A stretch of DNA of 64,000 nt from Blepharisma stoltei ATCC 30299. Lineage: Eukaryota; Protista; Ciliophora. The stretch spans positions 1 to 64,000 of the forward strand of contig CBFDEM010000046.1 of NCBI GenBank assembly GCA_965603825.1. The letters run 5' to 3'. Each line of letters starts with the position of its first letter. Position 1 is the stretch's first letter. The notes under the pieces are model-generated. The model was not told the origin of the DNA and ran no database searches. It was given only the letters and a program-made list of their open reading frames with translations. A program made the translations under genes and the position numbers. Shown one piece after another: positions 34,947-47,721 of this stretch.

Positions 34947-36130
34947 TCTATAATTTCCCATAAGCTTTAAGCTAAATAATTAAAAATGGCTTTTATTTAT
35001 TAATTCTTTATTTTTTATAAAATTTTATAGAATCTTAATTTTAAAATTATTTAATTGAACAAAACATGATAATTAATTATTAAAAGGAGTTTCTGTGCAA
35101 TGTTTTACTGTAATAATGACTATTAATACTCTATGATTTTTGGATCAGCACAAAGCTGGATAAATATTTAGATTGCTAAAACGTAGAAATAAGTTTTTGA
35201 GGTTGCTATATTGACAAACGATTGAAATAATTTAAAATAATTCCTTTCTTTGCTGGCATTAAAGATACAATGGCAGCGAGTTGCATTTAAATTACTTGAT
35301 TGGTCGTTAATGCAAGAAATTTTTAAATTTTTTTGAAAAATGCTAAGTTAGGCATCATTTGCTCTAGAGATAACCAACAGAGTTGATTTTTTTGATTACT
35401 TATCATAAAGGAGATGAGCAAGTCATACTTGTTTTAAACCTGAACCAGAAAATCCAGAAAACTTTTCATAAAATATAAGCAGAATTATGAGGCTTAAACA
35501 CAACTAATGAACTAAAGCCATATGAAATCAACTGGAGAATATTCCTCACAGTCTGAATTATCTTTCGCAAACTCGGAAACCAAAATTTCAGAAATATATT
35601 GATATTATATTTTATAGAAACACAAACAATGATTTGAAAAAAAGGAAATAAAGAAGCTAAAAGTAGTGAGGATGATTTTACAAGCGCCAATGCTAGAGCT
35701 AAGATGATTAAGCCTAAGAATTTCATAAGGAGAAAACAAATTGAGGATATTTGGTCCATAAGAAACTGGCAGAAATAATTAAAAGGAAGTTCCTCTTTGA
35801 TAAGAGATATCTTGATGAGTCTAAGAATGAAAAAGAGATGATAAAAATAGTTTGACAGAAGATTATCACTTCCAGAGTTGCTGTTGAAAGAACCAAAACT
35901 ACTAGAATCTCCAAAAGCTGAAAATTGATGGCTCAATGATGGTAAAGCCAACACTCTCACGATAAATTCCGAAAGAAAAATAGCTATAAAAGCAAATTAA
36001 AGTTTTCATTCATGAAATCCAATATTCTTACATAAATTTCTTAAAGTAATATGCCAAAATCAGACTAAAATTTTGTATTTTCCATCTCTTTTATTTGGTA
36101 AATTTATACAAAAACTCTTCAATTTAAAAT

Positions 36131-39112
36131 ATGTATTCCAGAGAGGACGGTAAATATTTTGAAAAACTCCATTCAAAGCCATGGTTTTTCGCAGGAAAAG
36201 TCCCAGAACTCCGCTACTCCTACTCAGCTTCAGGCCTAACTCCTTCATTATACCCAGTTCACCCCCGATCTGTAGTTCCAGGCTCAACCGAGAGATTAGC
36301 CAGGCTGCAATTCAAGCCTTTTCCAAATGTGGACCTGCCAAGTATTCCAATCACATTTCAAGAATTTCGTGAATACCAATTCTTAAGAGACAATGAAACC
36401 TTGGTAACCGTTGAGCACTGTGATTCCTGTGAAACCCACTCAGGCACAACCCATCATGACCCTCAGCAGTACTCCTCTTTAGCCCATACTTTGGCTAATA
36501 CAATTCTAGCGAGGTATCCAGGGGTAAAAGTCCTTCTCAAGCCGCGCTCGAAGCTTGGCTTTAACAGTCAAAGAATCGGAGCATTTGAGGTACAAGTTTG
36601 CAGTAAATCCAATGGTTTGCTTACTAAAAACACGCTACATTCAAAATTACAGACCAAAAAGTGGCCAGAAGTCCAAGAAATCGTAATGAAATTGGCCAAT
36701 TTTTTGCCGAGATGCAAGCTTTGTGTGACTGTTTATGACTGTGAAAATGGGGAAAATAGACTAAAAGATATAAAAATTTCTTTAAGACCAAAAGATATTT
36801 CTCTACAAATGTCTCAGACTATGAGACCCAAAAGTGCTAGCTACACTACATTTAGGCCTACAAGTGCAATTTCAACTATGTCTCTGAGGACAATAAAATT
36901 CTCAGCAAGAAGAAATGCGAAAACTAATATGAAAAGCCCCAGAAAAGACAATGGGAAATGCATTGAAGAAATAAGTAATAAAGACGGGGTATGCCAATTT
37001 TTAAATATCCCTAATAATATATACGAAATTGAGGTCATTGAAAATAATGAATATAACTCTGCGGCGAGGATTATCAATACTTTTGAAGAAGCAATGCAAA
37101 ATTCAAGCATAAATATATATATTGGTCTGAAACCCAGAAATCTATGCAAGTTAACAGTAACTCTTCGCGACCAGGAGCTAAAAAGTGACGTGCCATATGC
37201 TAAAGTCAGAATTTTTAAAGAAAATGGGGAAAGTTATAACCTCTATGAGGTATCCAGAGGAAAATACGAAAACTCAGTGCCTAAAGGAAATTATACTTTA
37301 AGCGCATCTTTAGAGGAATTTCAAGAAATTTCTAAGCCGATTCAAACTAATAAAACAGAAATGACTATTATTGAGACTATGAAATTGAAGGAACAAAGAA
37401 ATGTCCAGATCATGACTTTTAATGCAATTACAGGAGAAGCATTAGGAGGGGTGCTACTAAAGCTAAAAACAAGCAAAAATAGGCCTTCTATTGAAGGCCT
37501 CACCAAAACAGGCAGTTTTACCTACTCCTTAAACGAAACCGGGATATTTAATATTTCTACCAACAAGCTCGGCTACCTTGATGCCAGTATTATTACACAT
37601 ATATCAAATAAAGGCAACGTCTCTATATCAATTGGCCTTGTCCCCGCCTCATACGCTAGTAAAACAGCAGTCGTTTTTTCATGGGCTCTATGCAGCGACG
37701 ACTTAGAAATCCAAGCTTTTAACGAAGAATGCTCATTATCATATAAAAGCTCAAGAGGCAAAGGCTGCGAATTTTTCGACTATTTAAAATCCAATGGAAT
37801 AGCTACGATAATTATTGATAACGATTGCAAGAATTTGAGAATTTTAGCGCAAGCTTTGACTAATGAACTTATTGGAGGAAATGATGCACCGATACTGAAT
37901 TCAGGGCTGTCTGTTAATGTTTATCAGAAAAAGGAGCAGATCAAAATAATCCCAAGCCCAGCGAAGGGGCAGTGGTGGGATATTGGGATTGTTACAGAAA
38001 ATGATTTTATAGAGACAAATATTTTTTCAGACGTAAAAATTTCATATTGAAATCAATATCTTGACGATTTTTCAGCATTAATTGACTTAGTTAAAGCTGC
38101 TGGGACTATTTCTTCATGCTTTAATTATACGAAATATGGGATTGAAAAAAGAAATAGGAATTTGGAAGATAAATTTATATCACCAATTGAATTTAATAAA
38201 ATTTTGTCAAATATAATATCTGAAGATGCTTTAGAATATATTGCTCCAAGTTTCGTCACCTCGCAAGGCATCAGCTTAAACCAGCTTAAGCTACGATACA
38301 GCCGCTATAAAGGTATAGCCTCTCCTAGGCTTCAAATAAGCCAAACCTCAATTGAAGAATACGCAGAAATAATCGGAATGAGCACTGCTGATAGTGATTT
38401 ATTATGAATCGCAGAGGATGCTGTAAATGCTTCAATTCCTGATGAATGAATCCCAATCCATGACCATAAATGAAACATTAAATATAGAAACCGTGAAAAT
38501 GGCGACATTTTAGACGAAAACCCTAATAACGAGTATTACAGAAATCTCTATTCTGAGTACAAAATCCGCATGGCACGAGAAAAAGCCCAGCGCGAACAAG
38601 AAGAAGCAGAAAGGCTTCTAGAAAAGGAGCGACAAATGAAAGAGCTCGAAGAACAAAAACAAAGAGACTTGCAAGCTCTAAAAGAAAGGCTAGGAATTGC
38701 TGAATGGGACCAATTTATTGAAGAATTTAAAAAAGAATGCAAAGAGCTGTATGAGCTTGCAGAACAAAAAGTAATTTATAAGTAGATTTCTAGCAGCCCT
38801 GAGGAGAAAGAAAGCATTGAGAAAGAGATTAATGATGAAATTATAGAAAAAGCAAAAGGGTATATGGGGAAGCTGAATGAGATTAGAGATGTTGTTAGTG
38901 ATGAGAGCACTTTGGAAACAATTAATAGAAGCATTGAGGTAATTAGTCAGATGCATCAGGAGTTCTTGAGGAGCTGCTTACCAGAAAGAGAAGAGACAGA
39001 GAATCAAAATGAAGGGATTTCTGAAGAGTATCCCATTGAAGATGCAGGTCATAAGAAGACAAAGAGCTCAAGCAGCAGCTCAAGCGACAAGCACAAGAAA
39101 TACGATAAGTAA
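36131..39112 (+). CDS. ~988-aa multidomain protein: Rdx (SelW/T/H-like) CxxC domain, Ig/prealbumin-like repeats, CEP164-type WW module, coiled coil
   Basis: Four TGA codons (38048, 38405, 38447, 38471) and intron 38771-38785 join four track ORFs. Motifs VTVEHCDSC..RIGAFEV..LHSKL..KWP and EEYAEIIGM..DLLWIAEDAVNASIPDEW..NPNNEYYRNL. Confidence 0.8.
38771..38785 (+). other. 15-nt intron GTAATTTATAAGTAG
   Basis: GT...AG with A at -6; removes an in-frame TAG. Confidence 0.85.
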
Positions 39113-39243
39113 ATATATAAAATTGAACTCAAGAAAATTTAAATGATCATTTAATATTTAATTTTACACAAGATAAAAAGTATTTCAACCTTCTAATTTA
39201 TCAAAAATAAAAAGCCAATTATCTATAAACATCATGGAGGCTA

Positions 39244-40412
39244 TTAGTTTACACTTTTAGGGGCGTTAAGATAAGATATAATTTCTTCCCACCATGCGCT
39301 GTTATTTTTTTCACGAATCTGAGGAATTGCTACTAAAATCGCTCTCTTCAATCCTTCCCTCTCTGTCCCTGTTTCTGCTTCCAGAGCAGCAGTCCTCAGC
39401 ACATAGCAGCCATAAGGATTCTCCAGCACTGTTTGCATACTCCCTCCTCTTATCAATTCATTAATAATCGCACACCTCATTCTTTCTTCTTTCATGCACT
39501 TATTCATCACATTTGACGAATATTCCTGTATACAAAGCTCTAAGGCCTTCCCTTTTATACAATTTATGATTGATAAGGAGCATTCTTCTTGCATATTATC
39601 AATCATATGCTGAATCACATAATTTCCATATTTGTCTTCTATTAGCATAATAGCTTGTTCTAGCAATTCATTGAAAATCTGAGAGTCTTTGACGCATTTC
39701 TTCATGATAACGTAGCCAAACTTGTTAGTTGCCAATTCTCTGGCATGTCCTATAATCTCAGTAATAATAAAATGATGATTTTCTCGTTCACAAAGCACTT
39801 TAATCACAAGAGATGAATTTTTAGTCATAGAAAGTTCCAATATATGGCCTTTAAATGCTTCCTCATATATGGCTACTTCTTCAGGCAAGCTTGCAAGTCT
39901 AAGTATCCTCTGCAAAGGAAAGCATCCTTGTAGATTATTAGAGATTGAGATAAAATCGTCTTTCATTGCATAGAAAAGAATTAATCTTTGCCATGGGGAA
40001 CAGCATTGAAAAAGGGTCTGACACATACTGTTCCCATGCTGGACTATCATAAGTTCTCCTAAATATGGAGAAACGACATCAATGATCAATCAATTTGTTC
40101 AGGCAGGCTATTTACAATGAGTTTCTGTGCCCATTTGCTTCCTGATTTGGACCTGCATAAAAAAGGAATATTAGGGATCGTGAACTCGATATTAGGGTTT
40201 TCGGGCTCAATATTTTTGCCATAAGATTGAGGAGGTTTTTCGTAGACAATCTGGATTAAGCCCTGAGAAATAGGGGCATGCATAAACTCTGGATGAGAAC
40301 TGCTAAAGTTAGGATTAGGATTGTTATTGCCGTTACAGCTTTGGTTTATGAAATCATATGGAAAGTATCCACTATTTTTAGCTGTGATGTCTAGTCTAAT
40401 TTTATGTTCCAT
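39244..40412 (-). pseudogene. Pumilio/PUF protein paralogue A with a single 1-nt frameshift (pseudogene or sequence error)
   Basis: Eight PUF repeats, colinear with paralogue C from the MEH start. The frame breaks at ~40088 (EQID/IIDVVSPYLG). Confidence 0.7.
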
Positions 40413-40677
40413 TAATTTATAGATTATAGAAATGTAGCTATATAAAAAATATTTAGAACAATTAGGTTTAAGATGAATTTGAAGACTGATAAATTTGACT
40501 TATAGCCGAGCGATTATAGGCAATTCTTTGAGCGCCAGCTGATAGATTGGGCATAAAATAATTAGCTTTTAATCTTATTTTTTATTTCAAGAGTTTGGCC
40601 TCTTAATGAATTCCGCATGAATCATTTGAAAAATTATATATTTTTCAGAGTTTATTTAGGAACATTAATTAGCATAC

Positions 40678-41667
40678 TTAGCGAAGATAAGATAAAATTT
40701 CATTTCATCGTGGCTTATAATTTTTCTGCTCAGTCAGAGGAATTGCTGCCAAAACCGCTCTCTTTAATCCTTCCTTCTGATCTAGCTCTATTTCCAGCGC
40801 AGCAGTCCTCAAAAAATAGCATCCATAAGGATTATCCAGCAATACTTGCATTCTCTCTACACTTTTCAGCTCATTAATAATCGCACGTCTCATTCTTTTT
40901 TCTTTCACGCACTTATCCATCACATTTGACGAATATTTCTGTATACAAAGGCCTAAGGCATGACCTTTTATACAATTTATGATTGGCAGCGAGCATTCTT
41001 CTCCCCAGTAATCAAGCATATGCTGAAATGCGCAATTGCCATATTTGTCTTGCATTAGCGCAATAGTATTATCTAACAATTCATTGAAAACCCGAGGTTC
41101 ATCGATAATTTTTTTTATTACCATTACACCTAATTTGTCAGATGCCAACTCTCTGACATGTCCGAGAATTTCACGGATAAAAAATTCACGATTTTGTCAC
41201 TCAGAAAACACTTGAATCGCATGAGATCCATTATTAATCATAGAAAGCTCAAATATACGACCCTTGAAAGCTTGCTGGAATACAGCTTCTTCTTCTGGGA
41301 ATCTTACAACCCTTATTATATGTTGCATAGAGCGGGTCCCTTTACCAATTTTAGAGATTGAAACCATCTCGTCTCTAATTGTATTAAAAAGAAACAATCT
41401 CTGCTCGAAGGAACATCTATCGAAAAGAGTTCTGCACATGTAGGACCCATAGTGGTCTGACATAAGTTCTCCTAAGTGTGGAGAAACGACCCTAATAATC
41501 TGATCAATTTGTTCAGGCCGGCAACTTGCAACAAAATGCTGTGCAGTCTTGCTACCGGATTCAGATCGGCATAGGAAAGGGATATTTTCAATCGTGGTTT
41601 CAAAGTCAGGGCTGTTCGGGTTGGATTTTTCGCTATAAGAATGAAGTAGATTTTGGTAAAACTGCAT
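40678..41667 (-). CDS. Pumilio/PUF RNA-binding protein paralogue B, 329 aa
   Basis: Two in-frame TGA codons (41197, 40705). The second gives PR-W-NEILSYLR, matching PRWDEILSYLS (TGG) in paralogue C. TAA at 40678-40680. Confidence 0.85.
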
Positions 41668-42372
41668 TTTATAATAAGAAATATACCTTATTTTACAATT
41701 ATGAATTGCAAACGCATAATCGAGATTTATTGCACTAAATTAATGCGAAACAAATTTAACTGTTTACAGTAATATGGGCCAAACTTACTAATCATAGTTA
41801 ATTTTTCTAAGCGATCCAAAGGTTTTTGGAAAATAAGCGCAATAAGCAATAATTGGAATTGGATAGATTTTTCCTTATGCAAATATAATTTTAGGTAGTC
41901 ATCTTAGATTTATTTTGAATAGAATAAATCAAAAATTTCTTTGCCCTAAGTTCAATTTCAAATAATATATTAGGCCTCTTCATAGCATACTAGGGTGTAT
42001 TATGTTCATATTATCATAGCCTTGCCTCCTTATTTTTCATTAAATTCTTAATAAAAAGCATATAAGACTTTTTTAGCGCTCTTCAAGTAAATCCTGTAAA
42101 GTATCTGATATTTAATTATTACTTTATCCTTCCACTCTTACTTTCGCATTCCCAGCAATGCCGAAATCATGATATATCTTTATCTAAATCCCTTATATTT
42201 TTAACATATTAAAATGCAATTAAAATCTTTTTTACCTCGCATTCTAAGCAATTGGCTTATATATTTTTATGTTAAATAATTTGCTCACTCAAGCAAAGAA
42301 TCTTGTTCCAGACAAATCTATCCTTATACATGAGCCAAAAAACTAATCATTTAACCATAATTTCTATTAAAA

Positions 42373-43401
42373 TTAATCTAGGCGAGCGTAGATTGCTTCT
42401 AACTGTGTGATTTCTTGAGGACTTCCCATAAAGCATGGAGATCTCTGATGAATGTGCTCTGGAACTGTGTCTAACAACCTTCTTCTTCCATCAGTAGCTT
42501 TTCCACCTGCAAGCTCCATAATAAAGCTCATAGGCAAAACCTCATACAAAAGTCTTAATTTACCTTTAGGAGACTTACTATCGGCAGGGTACATGAAAAT
42601 ACCTCCGTATAGTAACGTTCTATGGACATCTGAAACCATGGACCCCACGTATCTCAAAGAATACGGGCTTCCATCTTCAGGGTTTTTGACTGAATTTACA
42701 AATTCCGTGACAGCTGAATCCCAGTACAGTGAATTTCCTTCATTAACTGAATAAATGTGCCCTCTCTCTGGAATCTTCATATTTGAATGTGTTAAAATGA
42801 AGTCACCAATGGAATTGTCCAGGGTAAAGCAGTCCACTTTGCCGTTTTTCACAGCCAAAACGAGCTGAGTCGAGCTTCCATAAATGCAATACCCAGCAGC
42901 CTCAATTTCGACACCACTTCTCAAGAAGTCTCTTGCTGAAACTGGAGCATCGATATTTGGCCTTTTCCAGATGGCAAAAATGGATCCAATGGAGACATTG
43001 ACGTCAATATTGGAAGACCCGTCCAGAGGGTCGAAGGCAATAATGTACTTTCCTGAGTCCACGTCGTCCATGATGTAAATTTTGTCTTCTTCTTCACTGA
43101 CCAAGGCTGCGATTTTGTTTGAAAATCTCAATGAGTTGATGAAGATGTCGTTGGCGATGATATCGATGGGCTTTTGCTGCTCTCCTTGGACGTTTGAGGA
43201 ACCAGCGAGGCCATAGAGGGAGACAATGCCGGCTTTCCTTACTGCATTGCTGACGAACTTGCAAGCGAGCATGATTGAGTTGAGGATCTGTGTAAGGTCA
43301 CCTTTGGCCTCTGGGTGACGTCTCTGGTCAGTCATAATGGACCGAGTCAAGGTGATTGGGTTTGTGTCGATAGGAATATGTATCTCCTTTGTCTCAGCCA
43401 T
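42373..43401 (-). CDS. FBP: Fructose-1,6-bisphosphatase class I
   Basis: SEE, FDPLDGSSNID, YSVNEGN, RYVGSMVSDVHRTLLYGGIF and GKLRLLYE motifs. Confidence 0.97.
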   Translation of the reverse strand: MAETKEIHIPIDTNPITLTRSIMTDQRRHPEAKGDLTQILNSIMLACKFVSNAVRKAGIVSLYGLAGSSNVQGEQQKPIDIIANDIFINSLRFSNKIAALVSEEEDKIYIMDDVDSGKYIIAFDPLDGSSNIDVNVSIGSIFAIWKRPNIDAPVSARDFLRSGVEIEAAGYCIYGSSTQLVLAVKNGKVDCFTLDNSIGDFILTHSNMKIPERGHIYSVNEGNSLYWDSAVTEFVNSVKNPEDGSPYSLRYVGSMVSDVHRTLLYGGIFMYPADSKSPKGKLRLLYEVLPMSFIMELAGGKATDGRRRLLDTVPEHIHQRSPCFMGSPQEITQLEAIYARLD

Positions 43402-44268
43402 TATTTTTATAAAGACTATCCATCTTATTTGATTTTATCATTAAAGTGTTAAGACTTCTAGAAATTCCTTTTCAGTGAACATTTGCCTGGATTAGATCAG
43501 AATATCAATATAATTTTATTAAGGTTACCTTAGTTTTTGAATTAAAAGTAAAAATTATATTGTATTTTTTGGAACACCTTTAAGTCAGCTTGATAAATAT
43601 ATAAGCAAATTAGCGATTCCTTGGATTAATAGCTTTTAAATGGGCTATAGTTCAAAATTTAATATAATCCACTAAAGCATTTACTGGGTTTACTTAATTC
43701 ATAATTGTTCATTAAGAGGAAAGAAAATCTTATAAGATGATATTTTATTATGTAATTAGATTAGGATTATTATATGAGTTCTATGTCAAATGATTAAGGT
43801 TTATCTTGCTTCTAAAGTTTAATAGGGCTTTAGTTTATAAATTTGCAGTAAGACAAATTTTATTTAAGTAATTTTTATTATTCCTATCAGAATACTAATG
43901 AAATCAGAAAAATTGATAGTCTATAAGACTCTGGAAAATTCAATAAGCTTAACTAAGCATAGCGCACGCTTGGTTAAATTTTAGGCAAGGAAATATTTGA
44001 AAAAGGGGAAACTTTAATATAAATTATAATTAAGTGAAATTATGGCTTTATATTCTTCCTTGTAAATGGTGAATATAATAAAGATTCCAAGTAAATTTAT
44101 AATTAAATATTAAAATGCAGTGATTTTATCTTAGATTTATAGGAATTTGCTAGGGAATTCGCATAAAGAATATTTAAAAGAAAAAAATTCTCCTCATCAT
44201 CAACTTTTTATCGATATTTAAAAATTAAAAGCTAAACATCTAAATATCAGGGACATTAATTAGTATAC

Positions 44269-45420
44269 TTAACTAAGATAAGATAAAATTTCATCCCATC
44301 GCGGCTTCAATTTTTTCTGATGAATCTGAGGAATTGCTGCCAAAATCGCTCTCTTCAATCCTTCCCTCAGCTCTACCTCCGCTTCCAGCGCAGCAGTTCT
44401 CAGAACATAGCAGCCATAAGGGCACCCCAGCAGCACTTGCATTTTCCCTCCACTTATCAGCTCATTAATAATCTCACGCCTCATTCTTTCTTCTTTCAGA
44501 CACTTTTCCATCACATTTGACGAATATTTCTGTATACAAAGCTGGACGACCTTTCCTTTTATACAATTTATGATCTGGAATGAGCATTCTTCTTGCCAAG
44601 TATCAATCATATGCTGAAGTGCATAATTTCCATATGGGTCTTGCATTAGCACAATAGCTTGTCCTAGCAATTCATTGAAAACCTGAGGGTCATTGACACA
44701 TTTTTTTATGACGCATAAGCCAAGTTTGTCAAGTGCCAGCTCTCTAACATGTCCTACAATTTCGCGAATAATAAAATGACGATTTTTTAGTGTACCGAGT
44801 AACCCTTGGACCACGTGAGATGCATTTGTCTCCATAGAAAGCCTCACGATATGGCCTTGGAACGCTTTTTGATATACAGCTTCTTCTTCAGGTAAGCTTG
44901 CAAGCCTAATTACAGTCTGCAAAGAATGGGTTCCTCGAGGATTTTTAGAGACCGAGATAAGGTCGTCTTTCATTGCATTTAAAAGGGCCAATCTTTGTCC
45001 GGAGGAACAGCTTTGGAAAAGGGTCTGGCACATGTAGTTCCCATAGAGGTCTGACATAAGTTCCCCTAAGTATGGAGAAACGACTTCAACAATTTGCTCG
45101 ATTTCTTCAGGTCGGCTTTTTGCGATGAACTGCTGTGCCCTTTTGCTTCCTGATTTGGATCGGCATAAGAAAGGGACATTTGCGATCGTGAACTCAAAGT
45201 CAGGGTTATTTGGGTCAAATTCTTCACTATAAGATAGAGATGGCTCTTCGTCAAGGATTCCACTTAGACATTGAGAAACTGAGGCATGCATAAGCTCTGA
45301 GCGTGAACTGCTGCGGGTAGGGTTGTTAGTGCCGTCTCAGCTTCGACCTAGAAAATCATCTGGAAAGGATCCACTATTATTATTAGTTGGAATGTCCAGT
45401 CTATTTTTTCTATGTTCCAT
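44269..45420 (-). CDS. Pumilio/PUF RNA-binding protein paralogue C, 383 aa
   Basis: ATG at 45420 (MEHRKNRLDI, matching paralogue A MEHKIRLDI), one TGA, and eight PUF repeats including YGNYMCQ, YGNYALQ and YSSNVME. Confidence 0.9.
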
Positions 45421-45940
45421 TAATTTATTAGATAATAGAAAAGAGACTATATATGATAACAAGAATGGTTAGGCTGAAGATCAGTTTTGGAGATTGGATA
45501 ATTTTTATCTGATTAATAAGCAATCCTTTAAGTGTCAGCTGATTATAGGGCATAAAACAGGCATATTTTGATAAAAAGTTAGCTAATTGCATGGACTACT
45601 CTTACAAAATCCTATCAATAATAATATTGTTTTGTGAAAGATAAATATTTGCATCACGCTTGAATTACAATATGCAACTTTTAAAATCTAAAGACACTTA
45701 ATCATCATAATTGGTCACTTCTTCCATAGATGATTTTTCCTCAAGTGTATTCAATCCATCTCTATAAAACTACAAAATACTTTATTTTAATTATTAACAG
45801 AACTTCATTAATCATATACCAAAATTCTATCCATAATTTTAGTCAACTTATACATAGATTTTCTGCCTTATCTCTTTTCTTTTCTTTAAATTTCTCTTAT
45901 TAAGTAGAGTCTGCTCTCCATAATTCTTGTTGAAAGAATA

Positions 45941-47383
45941 ATGAATACTTCTGATGGAAATGGTGATAATGAACTTTTAAGGGAAAACGCACCACTTAAA
46001 AATACATTTTTTCTCGTTATACTTACCATAACTGCAGCAATCGGAGGCTTTCTATTTGGCTACGACACAGGGATTATCGGCGGCGCAAATCTTTATATTT
46101 ATGACGATCTAGGCTATGACACTCCTATTGTATTAGAAACAGTTGTCAGCTTAACAGTAGTCGGCGCTGTCTTTGGAGCTGTAGCTGCAGGTCCTTTTTC
46201 TGACAAAAAAGGAAGGAAACCTACAATTATTGTAGCGGATGGTGCTTTTATAGTAGGAGCTGTGCTAATGGCCTGCGCTCCTAGTGTCTGGGTACTTATG
46301 GTAGGCCGATTTATTGTAGGATTAGGCGTGGGGTCTGCAGCTATGGTAATTCCTGTCTATTTAGCTGAGTCAGCTCCTAGAGAACTGAGAGGGACCATTG
46401 TAAGTGTTAACGTCTTGTTTATAACTTCAGGACAATTAATTGCATACTGCATCTGTCTAGCATTAGGCGACCATTGAAGGTGAATGCTGGGTCTTGCTGC
46501 TTTCCCTGCTGCAATACAAGTCGGTGGAATGCTCTTTTTGCCTGAAAGTCCAAGGTTTTTATACAAAATTGGGAAAACTGAAGAAGGACTTAACACTTTG
46601 CTAAAAATAAGGCTGAACTGGCGGCATAGGAAATATGAATTTATAGAAGACGAGGTCAGAGGTATAGTCGAGTCCTTAAAAGAAGAAGGGAATTATTCCT
46701 ATAAAGATCAATATAGGCTATTATTTAAAAACTGCAAAAGGTCAGCAATGGTAGGAATTGGGCTGCAGTGCTTACAGCAGCTTTGTGGAATTAATACAGC
46801 CATGTATTATGGTCCTCAAATTATGCAGGTCGCAGGGTTTGACTCCTCAGGAAGAGCAGCTATTGTGGCTAGCCTGCCTATAGCCTTTGCGAATATGGTC
46901 GGAACTTTTATATCGGTCGGGTATATAGATAAGCTGGGGAGAAGATCCACGCTACTTTATACGATTCCGCCGATGGTCTTTTTCTTGCTGTGTCTGGGGA
47001 CGAGCTTTGTATTTATCACCTTTATGGACGCGGGGGAAGTTGTGCAGTATTTAGCTGTTTTTTCGCTGCTGGTATATATTTTGTCGTTTTCTGTGGGAAT
47101 GGGAACGTGCCCTTGGATTGTGAATTCGGAAATTTTTCCGTTAAATTTAAGAAGTGCAGCCACAAGTGCGTCAACGACTGCAAATTGGGTTTCGAACTTT
47201 ATTGTTTCGATGACTTTTGCGTCTGCTATTTCTTTTTCTGCTGGGAGAGTAGGAGTTTGGGTCGTTCTGGCTGGATTCGGAGTTCTCAGCTGGTTCTGGG
47301 TGTATAGGCTGCTTCCTGAAACCAAAGGGAAATCCTTGGAAGAGATTTTGACGATGTTTCAAACAAGAAAAGAAGTCGACTAA
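45941..47383 (+). CDS. MFS sugar-porter family transporter (H+/myo-inositol type), 480 aa
   Basis: GGFLFGYDTG, SDKKGRK, GRFIVGLGVG, AESAP, PESPR, QQLCGIN and PETKG. The conserved WRWMLG motif is encoded TGA-AGG-TGA-ATG (46475-46486). Confidence 0.95.
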
Positions 47384-47424
47384 GTGAACTGGATATATTT
47401 TACGTTATCGAAAATAACTTATAA

Positions 47425-47721
47425 ATGGATAATTTATTAAGTATTTCTGACTGCTATAAAGCGTGCAATGAAGAGTTCTCGGTCGCTAACCCTAACCGAC
47501 TCTTCTGCAAGAAAGGATGCGATAGTGACGAAAAATTCTTGGAATGCAAATCAGAATTCTGTCCTGGACTATGCATAAAAAGTGAACTAGGAGAAGAAGA
47601 CAATAAACATGGAGGCTGGTCCAAGCTCTTTTCAAGAGCTCCTGGTTCCCGCCCTGATGACTGCCTGAATGCTTGCTTTTACGGCTGCACTCATAAAGAT
47701 GAAGAAGAAAATGATGATTAA
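47425..47721 (+). CDS. Small 10-Cys protein (98 aa) with repeated CX3C motifs
   Basis: Clean ATG...TAA ORF after AAA context. CYKAC, CKKGC, CPGLC, CLNACFYGC; no signal peptide. Confidence 0.75.
   Translation: MDNLLSISDCYKACNEEFSVANPNRLFCKKGCDSDEKFLECKSEFCPGLCIKSELGEEDNKHGGWSKLFSRAPGSRPDDCLNACFYGCTHKDEEENDD

Noticed and set aside
35466-35960. 164-aa minus-strand hydrophobic ORF
   Set aside because: Non-ATG start and composition of the antisense of a Lys/Glu-rich, stop-ridden plus-strand remnant.
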